Shown in pieces: positions 19,419-28,828 of a DNA stretch of 64,000 nucleotides. This DNA is from Candidatus Anstonellales archaeon (GTDB taxonomy: Archaea; Micrarchaeota; Micrarchaeia; Anstonellales; J096): positions 218,704 through 282,703 of the forward strand of contig JAWAFD010000001.1 in assembly GCA_038890745.1 (NCBI GenBank), written 5' to 3'. Made by a program: the position numbers and the translations under genes. Under the pieces are notes generated by a model. It saw nothing but the letters and a program-made list of their open reading frames with translations, was not told where the DNA came from and did not search any database. The first letter of the stretch is position 1, and every line of letters starts with the position of its first letter.

Positions 19419-20383
19419 TGGTTGAGTTTTGGGAAGGATGGGAAGTGGTTTGCATTCTGATTTCCTTAATCAGTGTGATAGGAACCGCAATTGTGATAAT
19501 GGCTGCAAAATTTTTTGGTTCAAAAGAGCTTGAGCAGAGTGCGAAGGCAGAGCTAACCTTTGCAATCTCTACGGTTCTTATCGTTCTCTTCCTGATCGCA
19601 GCTGTCAATTTTGCAGATTCCCTTGCGACAAGCTTTGGTAAGGAAAGCTCGAGAATAATATTCGGCAGGGAGGTGCATGTGGATAATTTTTGGGAGGTTT
19701 CAAAGCTTTATATGAACAATATTTACGAATGCTATGTTGGTTTCGAAAAGATATTGGTTTCTATAGACGCTCCCATCTCCACAATAGCCACATTGAAGTT
19801 TATGGCATTTTATTTTGACCCTATATCAGCCTACACTTTTGGAATAATGCATGATGCCATTCAGAATATTCTTGGCCTATTCTATTATTTCAAATGGGGC
19901 TATAAGCTTATGATAAAGACTGTTGATTTTTTCTTCTACATTGGCTTTCCCATCCTCCTTCCAACAGGTGTTGCTCTTCGTGCATTCCCTCCAACCCGCG
20001 GCACTGGAGCATACCTTATTGCATTTTCAGTTGGTATATATTTCGTTTTCCCTGTTGCATACCTTATTGCTGTTGGTGTGATGGAATCCCCGTTTTTATG
20101 CCCAGTGTTAGGTCTCAAATTTGTTCCGCTCCTTCTGGACCCCTGCGAAGCAGAGGACGTTAACATATTTGGATTTGTTTTCTCATGGGTGATGGGAAAT
20201 ATAGAATTTTTTAACGTGCTTTTCAAAGAATCCATTCCCGGCCTTCTCAGAGAGCTTTGCATTAACCTGTGCATCTTTCCTTTCGTTGCCCTTATGATAA
20301 CTTTCTCCTTTGTTAATTCAGGTTCGAGCCTTTTCGGTGCGAACATCCCGGAAGTTGGAAGAGGGCTTATAAAGCTCATATAA
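19415..20383 (+). CDS. Polytopic membrane protein, CedA/VirB6-like paralog 6
   Basis: PTGVALRAFPPTRGTGAYLIA...VFP; ATGA overlap. Confidence 0.6.
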   Translation: MMVEFWEGWEVVCILISLISVIGTAIVIMAAKFFGSKELEQSAKAELTFAISTVLIVLFLIAAVNFADSLATSFGKESSRIIFGREVHVDNFWEVSKLYMNNIYECYVGFEKILVSIDAPISTIATLKFMAFYFDPISAYTFGIMHDAIQNILGLFYYFKWGYKLMIKTVDFFFYIGFPILLPTGVALRAFPPTRGTGAYLIAFSVGIYFVFPVAYLIAVGVMESPFLCPVLGLKFVPLLLDPCEAEDVNIFGFVFSWVMGNIEFFNVLFKESIPGLLRELCINLCIFPFVALMITFSFVNSGSSLFGANIPEVGRGLIKLI

Positions 20384-20407
20384 AAAGCTTTTTAATTCCT
20401 TATAAGT

Positions 20408-23400
20408 ATGGATTATTATATGGGAAAATCCGTGTTGAAAATTTGCATCCTTCTTCTCCTTCTTTTCACTCAGCTTTCTTACTCCGTAGGTGAAAAATAC
20501 ACCTCGATAATTGTTTCAAAACAAGTGAACGAGCAAAATGGTACGATATTTTTCAACATTACTGTTCTTTATTTCAACACATCGAGGATAGAGATTCCGC
20601 AGGGGCCTGGTAAATCCCCAAAAATAGTAGAAGAAACGAACATAACCTCTATTGAAAATGCGACAGTTTACATATCCTTCTACAACACCTCTTATACAGA
20701 AGAAGGAAAGCTTGTCCAGACCCTTGTTCCTCTCCCTTGCTCGCCGCTTATGACAAACGAAACCTATGAAGAGGATGGTAAGGTTGTTTATTATGGAATC
20801 TGCATCGTTAGCGGCGAACTTTACTCAAAATATTTCAACAACACATGTAAGGGGTTTGATTTTTATTTTCCCGGAATAGCTCTTCCAAATGAGTCCATCC
20901 CTCCTACTGAAACAACACTCGATGTCTGCACAGGAAAACCAACCATTTTTGAAGCGCTCAGAGGAATACTTGCATCAGCCATAAACCCAGAGGACCCATT
21001 CTGCATTTCCATGTTCATAATATTCGGGCTTCTCCTCGCAACCATGTTTTTTACGGGAAGGTCTCCTCTTGCTCTATTGGATATGGTAACGCCCATGCTT
21101 CCAAGAGCAAGGAGGTTTGCGTACAGGGCAGGTGAGGCTGGAATAGGAGCAGGGCATAAGCAGATGAGGGAAGCAGCAAACAAAGCTATAAAAGCGGTCG
21201 ATAAGGAAATAAAAGAAAAAGAAAAGAAGAACCCTGTTCCAGCTAACTTGCGTTCATCGTATAACAGCGCACCCGGATGGAAAAAGCTACTTGTGTTGAA
21301 AGCTCTAGAGGAAGGAAATGTTGGGTTGGCCGAAAGAATTCTCACGAGTCGCAGTCCCTTTGACGTTGCCACAGATCATTGGGGCGAAAAGGACAGAGAT
21401 GTGAAGAAAGCATATACCTATTATGATATGAAAAAGACCCTCGAAGCTTACGATGAGATGCTAAAGGTTCCAAAACCTTTAAAGCCTCTTGGAAAAGTAT
21501 GGCTCCTTAGCCAAATTCCTCTAGCCGCTGCGAATGTAGGAATGATGGTTAGATTCGTAAAACGGGCAGTTAAGGCGCCTTTTGTTAGGTATGGTGAACT
21601 GAAACGTGTTAGAGCTGTTGAAAGCGCACCGCTGGGTACTCCGGCGAGAATGGCTGCTGAAGCAGAGCTTGCCGCTTACAGAAGAAGGCATGAGATAAAA
21701 CCAGTCCAGCAACTTTTTGACCCTCTTGTTTTCGGGCAGGAGCGCTACAAGGTACTCAAAGAGCAAGTTTCAAAAGAACTTATCTCATACTTGCTCCTAA
21801 GGGTTTTTGATAAGGCAAAAATAGAAAAAAAGGAGATAGAGCGAATTTTCGCCCTACTTCAGAAGGCGATCGCTGAAAAAAATGAGGCGCTTGCTAAAAA
21901 AGCGTGTGCGGATTTGGATAGGTTGATACATGAAATAGATAATCTTGACCCCAGATATAAACATATTATCGAGACAATTAGAAGGGCTTATTTAATGCCC
22001 AGCCCTGATCCATACCTAAAGGCATCCGGCATCTTACTTATTTTAGAAAAACAAAACATAATCTCGGGTCGCGAACTTTCAGAATTAAAAAAATATATAC
22101 AAGAATTAAGATATATAGACAGAATGAAAGACGCTGAAGATATACAGAAATTTTTAATGGCAGCCGAATACATTACAGATTATAGAGCCGACCTTCTACA
22201 TCCTCAGAGAAGACAAAAGTGGGAATGGTTTGTTCCTTCCCTCTTTACCTCAGAAGTAGAAAGAAAAAAAATTCCAATCTTTTCCATGCTTTTTGCGCAT
22301 GAACTTCTCTCTCAAGCAAAGGCAGACATATCTGATATTGCAAGATATTTCTTCGGTATTAGAGGGATTAATCCTTTATTCCCGCTTATGGAATATAATC
22401 TCCTCCCCGCTACGTTTAAAGGATGGGTAAAAAAAGAAAATCTTGATGGCGTGTATAAAACAATTTCCTCTTTTTCGAGCAGAATGTTCGATGAGATTGC
22501 CAAGAGGCATAACTTAGATATTCCAGGTTTGATGAAGGAAAAGCATGTTGGAAGTAAATTTGTGCTTTTGACGAAAGGTGTGTTTGATACCATTAACCTT
22601 AACACAAAAGGGGACTGGCATGTTTTTGCACCTGACTACTATGTCGGCAAGACACAAAGGATTACCTCATCTGCTTTTGGAAGGGCTTTGGAATCAGCTT
22701 ATGTTGGGGCTGTGAAGGAAAGGTTTGAGAGTGCGTTTAATGACAAAGCATTCATAAATCTTTTCTCATACTACAGCGTGATTACAAAAAATTTTGCCGC
22801 GGACAATCCGTACCAGCTTGCTTCTATAGGATACAACTCTGTGAGATACTATGTTGCTAAAAAATTAGGGGTGGATGTGGATGACCTTACAGACGATATG
22901 TTCAAAAGGTTTATAATCAACAAGAAAAACCTTGATTTGTATCTGACTGACTTTGACAAGGGCTCATTTGTACTCCTGAAAGGGTATGGGGTTATTCCGT
23001 TTATTCAGGATGTTCTGCGTCCAGACCCTTCAAAGCTCGACAGGTATTTTGTGGATAAAAAAATCAGAGAGTATATAGAAAATAGATTGGGATACTCCAT
23101 CCTGCGCGACAAGGATGCTATTTACTCCAAACTAGTAGCAAAGGGAGGAATAGCGCTTTCGGACTCTTTCATAAACACAACAATAATCGTGAATGTTGAT
23201 GGAAAATTCCGCTTGTGGAAAGGACAGGAGCTTAGCGAATATGATCTGTACAAATTAGATAAAAAATTGGTTGAGAAGAAAGAAAAAATCGGGCCTCAGG
23301 GAGAAGAGGCAAGACCCGGAGATTTTGTAAAACTATACCAGCTTGCTGCTTCCGGAGATACAAATGCTTTCAATAAAGTTAAGGAGATTCTTATAAAATG

Positions 23401-25075
23401 CGAGAGAATGGACGCATTTATGCCTCTTGCAAGCGCATATTATATGTCTACAAGAGACGTTGTTTCCCGCCAGGAGATCTTTAAAGGAATAACTCAGAAC
23501 TACGTAAGATACATTCCTATGGAGGAGGCAAGAAATGTGGTGCAGGATTGGAAAGACAGGGTTGAATTATTGGTGAAGAGGGGAATCAGCGGTGCGTTCA
23601 AGCCGATTATTTATGCTGGCGTTCCTTATTGGGAGGCTATGGGAACCGTTGTTACGGCTTCAGAGGCCGCAAGAAGGATTGGTGTGGAGTATGTTGGGGG
23701 CTTAACGCAGGATTATATTAAGGGTTTGGGTGAGGAAGAAAGAAAGAGGGAGATGGAATTTGCAAAAGCAGTAAAAGAGTTTGAGCATGCTTGGCAGTGG
23801 ACAATAACCAGGGATGCCTTACTGTATGGTGGATTTGAGAGGTATGGCAGGCCAGGCTATCTTACGACAGGTTTCCATGTAGGGCCCGCTATGCCAATTA
23901 CAAACTGGATGGATAGAAGGAGTTTTAGCCCGCTTTTCCAAAATATTCCTATATTAGATTGGGTTATGCAGAATGTTGCGCTTACAACTTTCAAGCTTTC
24001 AGTTGCTTTTTCAAGGCCTTTTGTTTTAGGCGCGAGAGCCATTACTTTTCGTAGATTTAGGTATCCGTCTGTTTATGACTTACGGTCAGATATTTCTGAA
24101 ATCAATCCTTTTGTAGCCACACAAGGATACTACTCTATCCATTCAACCATCCCGCTGTTACAGCAGCCGTCTCAACTTTTGTATGGGGCCGCTTCTCTTG
24201 CAGCCCTGCCTTTAGTTATCCCGGCCTTTATTAGGGAACTTAGAGAGAGGAGAGAGTTACCAATCTTCTCTATAGAAGAGCTTACTCCTGAGGAAGAGGC
24301 AGTTCCACATGGGGGTGAGGGTGCGCGTGGTATCCGACTACGAAAGTATGTGATTCGTGGAAGGGTTGTGGAAGCAATAAGGAATTCAATCGCTAGAGCG
24401 CATGAGATGTGGGTTTCACAGCCTGGTTCCATAAGATGGTTTGGAGTAGCAAACTTGGACATATTTATCGGAGCTCCGAGGATGACGGATACATATTGGT
24501 TCTACTCCTCTGCGATCGCAAACATAGGAGACACTGATACAAACCCAGGCCTTTCTTACATTCAAAGCTACACCGGAGAGTATGTTTGGGAGTCGGTTGT
24601 TCCAAGAGCACTTGAGAGAAAAGGATTTGAGCTTTTACCAAGAATGAGAGAGCACATGTTTGATGTGCATGAGAAAAGGACCCTCTCAGCCTTGGGGATG
24701 GCTGCTTTCTATTACACCGAAATTCATTGGGCAGACCCGTTTAATTTCAGAAACAATCCGCTTTATTCCATACTCTCTCCCGGTACTGCTCTTTTATCTT
24801 CCGGCGGATGGATGGGTAGAAAGATTTATAGATGGAAATATAAAAGAGAAATAAAGAAAGAGGAGGAAGAGTACAGAAAGCTTCATCCGGGAGGACCCGT
24901 TACTGATTGGGATAGGCTAAAAATGGGTGGACCAAAATCATCCAATGCAATATTGAATTTTGTTAAAGGAAAGTGGGAGAGATGGGTGTATGTTGGATGG
25001 AGTAAATGTAATCTATGCGGTACTAACTACTATGGTTCTGGACCCTGCCCAAGATGCGGGGCGAAGCATCCCTAA
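20408..25075 (+). CDS. 1555-aa membrane-anchored hypothetical protein with C-terminal Zn-ribbon
   Basis: Signal peptide, sequon-rich N-terminal ectodomain, TM at about aa 198-216, long helical region, terminal CNLC-x9-CPRC. Confidence 0.8.
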   Translation: MDYYMGKSVLKICILLLLLFTQLSYSVGEKYTSIIVSKQVNEQNGTIFFNITVLYFNTSRIEIPQGPGKSPKIVEETNITSIENATVYISFYNTSYTEEGKLVQTLVPLPCSPLMTNETYEEDGKVVYYGICIVSGELYSKYFNNTCKGFDFYFPGIALPNESIPPTETTLDVCTGKPTIFEALRGILASAINPEDPFCISMFIIFGLLLATMFFTGRSPLALLDMVTPMLPRARRFAYRAGEAGIGAGHKQMREAANKAIKAVDKEIKEKEKKNPVPANLRSSYNSAPGWKKLLVLKALEEGNVGLAERILTSRSPFDVATDHWGEKDRDVKKAYTYYDMKKTLEAYDEMLKVPKPLKPLGKVWLLSQIPLAAANVGMMVRFVKRAVKAPFVRYGELKRVRAVESAPLGTPARMAAEAELAAYRRRHEIKPVQQLFDPLVFGQERYKVLKEQVSKELISYLLLRVFDKAKIEKKEIERIFALLQKAIAEKNEALAKKACADLDRLIHEIDNLDPRYKHIIETIRRAYLMPSPDPYLKASGILLILEKQNIISGRELSELKKYIQELRYIDRMKDAEDIQKFLMAAEYITDYRADLLHPQRRQKWEWFVPSLFTSEVERKKIPIFSMLFAHELLSQAKADISDIARYFFGIRGINPLFPLMEYNLLPATFKGWVKKENLDGVYKTISSFSSRMFDEIAKRHNLDIPGLMKEKHVGSKFVLLTKGVFDTINLNTKGDWHVFAPDYYVGKTQRITSSAFGRALESAYVGAVKERFESAFNDKAFINLFSYYSVITKNFAADNPYQLASIGYNSVRYYVAKKLGVDVDDLTDDMFKRFIINKKNLDLYLTDFDKGSFVLLKGYGVIPFIQDVLRPDPSKLDRYFVDKKIREYIENRLGYSILRDKDAIYSKLVAKGGIALSDSFINTTIIVNVDGKFRLWKGQELSEYDLYKLDKKLVEKKEKIGPQGEEARPGDFVKLYQLAASGDTNAFNKVKEILIKCERMDAFMPLASAYYMSTRDVVSRQEIFKGITQNYVRYIPMEEARNVVQDWKDRVELLVKRGISGAFKPIIYAGVPYWEAMGTVVTASEAARRIGVEYVGGLTQDYIKGLGEEERKREMEFAKAVKEFEHAWQWTITRDALLYGGFERYGRPGYLTTGFHVGPAMPITNWMDRRSFSPLFQNIPILDWVMQNVALTTFKLSVAFSRPFVLGARAITFRRFRYPSVYDLRSDISEINPFVATQGYYSIHSTIPLLQQPSQLLYGAASLAALPLVIPAFIRELRERRELPIFSIEELTPEEEAVPHGGEGARGIRLRKYVIRGRVVEAIRNSIARAHEMWVSQPGSIRWFGVANLDIFIGAPRMTDTYWFYSSAIANIGDTDTNPGLSYIQSYTGEYVWESVVPRALERKGFELLPRMREHMFDVHEKRTLSALGMAAFYYTEIHWADPFNFRNNPLYSILSPGTALLSSGGWMGRKIYRWKYKREIKKEEEEYRKLHPGGPVTDWDRLKMGGPKSSNAILNFVKGKWERWVYVGWSKCNLCGTNYYGSGPCPRCGAKHP

Positions 25076-25115
25076 TGGAGGAAAGCATTTAAATTTTTAC
25101 AAAGAAAAATTTTTC

Positions 25116-27386
25116 ATGCGAAAATTGCTCCATCTCTTCTTTATTATGTTTTTTTTACTTTCCTCGGGATGCTTGATAGATAAAGAAAAGGTAAAGCAGG
25201 TTTTTGAAACCCCTTCTTATGAATTTGACGCACGCGAGCTCATATGCGGAGGCGGGCAGTGCGTTGCTTTTATATGCAACCAAAGCAAAGAAAATGATTA
25301 CACTGTTTTCTACCCTCCGCCAGTTGTCGGCTCAAACTGTTCTTTTGAGGTTGTTGAGACCAAGAAAGAGTACAAAGAATATTTGGCAGGAAAAGAGGAA
25401 TTTCTGCGCACCTTTGGTGCAGGGTTTGGCTCTTCCTTCATGGAGTTTGCGGATGCCAATGCTTATTGCAACAACTCCCTTACCTACTCTGTGAAATGGG
25501 TTTTGGGCAACACCTCAACCGGCTATGTCCTTCCCTCTCCTGAGCGTGCAACCTGCTTCTTTGAAAAATCCACCCTTCCTGTATACATCCTCTACGCCGG
25601 CGGTCCTTCTGTTCCAATAAACAAGGTTGCTGAGTTTGCGAAAGCATTAGATACAAAAGGACCAGCTATAGTTGTAACAGAGTATTCTTACAACTCCTCA
25701 GACCCAATAGAGATTGCGGCCATTTCTTCCCAAGCAAAGACGATAAAACAAAACTGCAAGAACTGCATTGTTGCAGTGTACACAAAAATGAATGATGATG
25801 CCATTCTAAAAGAAATGCAGAAAGATAGCGGATTTAATAAAAGCGTAGATTTGGTTGCTTTTGGTTTGGATGGCAGGGAAACGCCTCATTGCAGCGGAGG
25901 GTGGCTTATAAATAATGGCATGAATTTTTCCAGAGTGGTCTTGTATACCTATGGTAAACCATCCCTTTGGGCGTATATTCTAATCCCGCGTGGATTTAAT
26001 GAAAAAGGGATGTGCGTTTGGAACGAGGTTGAGGAGAAAAGAGCATACATTAGTCTTTTCATCTCTGTAGGTTCCATGAGAAAATACGGCGTAATCGGTT
26101 TTGCTCCATATTCTCTATACGGTAATCCTCTGAAATGCGAAAACTGCACCCTTATGGAAAATGGCGAGCCGCGCCAGGACTCTTTTTCAACATTTTTCTC
26201 CTACTGCCAGCAATTCTACTATTACTACAGCTTCCTTCCTGTTGCTTACGCAACAAAGCCAGGAACAAACTGCAGTTTTGAGAAAACACCATCCTTCCCG
26301 ATATTTTTTGGCCAGTCCTCCAGCGAGATTGATGTTCCTCTGTACACTGTTGATTCTCAAATGCCGTACTTTTACAAATGCGCTGCATGCTTCTCTTTTA
26401 ACGACACCATCCCTTCCGGTATCTCTGGGAGTGGAAGCGGCTATCACTGCACAGATGGAATAGGAAAGACAATAGACTACTGGGCAGATGTTTTTGAGGT
26501 TGACCCTGATTACATGAAGGCGATTGCTCAGCAGGAGAGCGGTTTTGATGAATGCGCAGTAGGGCTTGCCCCCCCCAACTGGTCATACTGCAATTCTGAT
26601 AATTTAGTTTTTGAAGATCCGACAGGAAAATGCAATGAAAAGATTCAAAATAAACTTAATAATTACTGCTGGGATAAAAGCGTAACAAAGTTTGCAGACC
26701 CAAGCGAGGCATGCAAACCATGCAGTTCTGTAAGCTCAGGTAATAACGGTGGGCATTGCAAGATATGCGCTATGGGGATGATGCAGGTTATAGATTACCC
26801 TGGGTATTACTATAAACAACACGGGAGCGAAGTCCCTGATAGGATAAAACTCTGCGGGGCTTACGAATACAACCCATTCAACATGAACGATAGTGCGTGC
26901 GCGAGAAGCTATGATGCCATGACGAATGCAAAAAAAGCAAGAGAGCTTATTGCTGAGTTGAGTTCAGATGAAAAATCTGCGCTTGGGATAACGGATGAAA
27001 ATGTAGGATGGTGGGTAGCTCTTTTTGCATCATACGCAAACAGCAAATCAACCATGCATGGATGGATAACCGATTACATTGAAAACAAGCCACAGAACTG
27101 CTATGGGCTTAGCGAAAGCGCATGCTATGCCCAGGCATGCTGCATGTGGGATGATGAAAACGAAGAATGCAAATATGCATACAGCCAGACATGCTGCGGT
27201 GCGAAGACCTTCTTTGAATACCTTGAAAGCAATAGGTGTCTATACAAACCATACGGAGTTCAGGTTTTAAGAAAGTATATAAATGCATGGAGAGAATGCA
27301 GAAATTGTGATGAGGGTCAGTTCTTGGATAACTTTAAAAAATACCATCCACCTTCTCCTGGTTTTCCTGGGTTTGGTGGGAAGTAG
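25116..27386 (+). CDS. Cys-rich lipoprotein with lytic transglycosylase (SLT/lysozyme-like) domain
   Basis: Lipobox LSSGC; VDPDYMKAIAQQESGFD and AMGMMQV motifs; start moved to ATG 25116. Confidence 0.75.
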   Translation: MRKLLHLFFIMFFLLSSGCLIDKEKVKQVFETPSYEFDARELICGGGQCVAFICNQSKENDYTVFYPPPVVGSNCSFEVVETKKEYKEYLAGKEEFLRTFGAGFGSSFMEFADANAYCNNSLTYSVKWVLGNTSTGYVLPSPERATCFFEKSTLPVYILYAGGPSVPINKVAEFAKALDTKGPAIVVTEYSYNSSDPIEIAAISSQAKTIKQNCKNCIVAVYTKMNDDAILKEMQKDSGFNKSVDLVAFGLDGRETPHCSGGWLINNGMNFSRVVLYTYGKPSLWAYILIPRGFNEKGMCVWNEVEEKRAYISLFISVGSMRKYGVIGFAPYSLYGNPLKCENCTLMENGEPRQDSFSTFFSYCQQFYYYYSFLPVAYATKPGTNCSFEKTPSFPIFFGQSSSEIDVPLYTVDSQMPYFYKCAACFSFNDTIPSGISGSGSGYHCTDGIGKTIDYWADVFEVDPDYMKAIAQQESGFDECAVGLAPPNWSYCNSDNLVFEDPTGKCNEKIQNKLNNYCWDKSVTKFADPSEACKPCSSVSSGNNGGHCKICAMGMMQVIDYPGYYYKQHGSEVPDRIKLCGAYEYNPFNMNDSACARSYDAMTNAKKARELIAELSSDEKSALGITDENVGWWVALFASYANSKSTMHGWITDYIENKPQNCYGLSESACYAQACCMWDDENEECKYAYSQTCCGAKTFFEYLESNRCLYKPYGVQVLRKYINAWRECRNCDEGQFLDNFKKYHPPSPGFPGFGGK

Positions 27387-27723
27387 CATTCATCCAATAG
27401 TATATACTCCTTCTTCCTATTCCATACTTTTTTGCAGTTTTACTTACACCCTTCTTTTTTGCCTCTTTCAAAATTTTTCTTTTTAATTTTTTTGGATACT
27501 CCCTCCTCCCCCGCTTTCTTTTCTCAACCTTTATCTTTACCCCAACATCCTTAAGTGCCTTCCAATATTTTTTGCTAACGCTTTTATATATCGCTTCGCT
27601 AACAAACATCTTCTTCATCTTAGTTTTATTAAGGAGAAGTAAAAACAAAAACTTACTCGGTTTTGTTTTCAAAACTATTTCTTCAGCATCCGGATTTTTT
27701 TCAATCCTTCCCATTATTTCCAT
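27334..27723 (-). CDS. DUF1699-like protein with C-terminal HTH
   Basis: NPDAEEIVL.TKPS...YKSVSKK; RGRR then VSKTAKKYGIGRRSIYYW. Confidence 0.6.
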   Translation of the reverse strand: MEIMGRIEKNPDAEEIVLKTKPSKFLFLLLLNKTKMKKMFVSEAIYKSVSKKYWKALKDVGVKIKVEKRKRGRREYPKKLKRKILKEAKKKGVSKTAKKYGIGRRSIYYWMNATSHQTQENQEKVDGIF

Positions 27724-28819
27724 TCTTTTTCCCGCTATTTCCAATTTTTTCAAGGAATTCACGCCCCCTTCCTCCTTTTAATGCTTCATAAAGTTCGATC
27801 TGTTTTTTAACCTCATCCGGACTTATTTTCAAAAATTCCGAAGCCCACCCAATTCCCTTTTCTTTCGCAACAATCGCAGCACCAACATTGTACTCATAAA
27901 ACATCATTCTTTCTCGGATTATTTTTGCAAAATCCATTCCCGTATACTCTTTTATCAAAACGAGATTTGATAGGGTTTTTTCGTCAGGCTCTGAAACAAG
28001 CGCCGGATAGATTTTATTTCTTTTTGCACTCTCCCGAGTTTCGCGCAAATAAAATTTTATTATTGGGATGAAGGTAAGGAGAAAACCTCTTTTTCTTATT
28101 TCATTTCTTATGGTTTTTTTTCTTTCCTCAATTTTATTTGCAAACTCTTCCCTCATTTTTGCGTTTTCAAGGAATCCTCTCTCTTCCAATTCTTTTTTCA
28201 ATCCCTCAAAGCCTTCAAGATGCTCAACCCTGCTGTATGGGGTGATGTTATGTTTTCTTAGTATAGAGTTGTACTCCACTACCTCAGCGTCCGCTTCGTT
28301 CTGAAGCACCTCGTCCCTTACTCCCTCTGCGGCGTACAGCACTATTGAGGAGAGAAGCGCCTTTTTCACTGATGTTGACTTGAAAAAAGGGTTTGCTGCA
28401 TCCTCAAGCTCCCTGAAAACCATTATCCCATACGCCCCAGAGCGTACGAGGTTTTCTATATAGTTTCCGTTTGTTGGAAGGTAGTTTGCAAAATCTTCAT
28501 ATGGGATGTTTTGTTTTATTTTTTTTGCTGAAACCGCAACCCTTACCCTTGCTAATGTGGATTTTTTCAGCATAGCAACATACCTAAAAAAGGAAACCTG
28601 CTTCTTTAAATCCGCAATCTCTTCTGCACTATTCTCTCCTAACTCTTCCTTTGTTATCCTTAATAATGCCCTAAAAGGTGCGTTGAACCTTCTGAGCAGC
28701 ATCTCCTCCCTGAGAACTTCAAGTTCTTCTATGCTTGGTTCTTTTTCCAGGGCTTCGTTTGCATAGTGGATAAGAGCCATAGAATCCATTTCCTGTAGAT
28801 CTCTTTCTCCGGTTTCCAT
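27701..28819 (-). CDS. DUF530-like protein
   Basis: RRFNAPF motif, FFRYVAMLKKSTLARVRVA; downstream of Topo VI genes. Confidence 0.55.
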   Translation of the reverse strand: METGERDLQEMDSMALIHYANEALEKEPSIEELEVLREEMLLRRFNAPFRALLRITKEELGENSAEEIADLKKQVSFFRYVAMLKKSTLARVRVAVSAKKIKQNIPYEDFANYLPTNGNYIENLVRSGAYGIMVFRELEDAANPFFKSTSVKKALLSSIVLYAAEGVRDEVLQNEADAEVVEYNSILRKHNITPYSRVEHLEGFEGLKKELEERGFLENAKMREEFANKIEERKKTIRNEIRKRGFLLTFIPIIKFYLRETRESAKRNKIYPALVSEPDEKTLSNLVLIKEYTGMDFAKIIRERMMFYEYNVGAAIVAKEKGIGWASEFLKISPDEVKKQIELYEALKGGRGREFLEKIGNSGKKNGNNGKD

Positions 28820-28828
28820 ACTCCCAAC

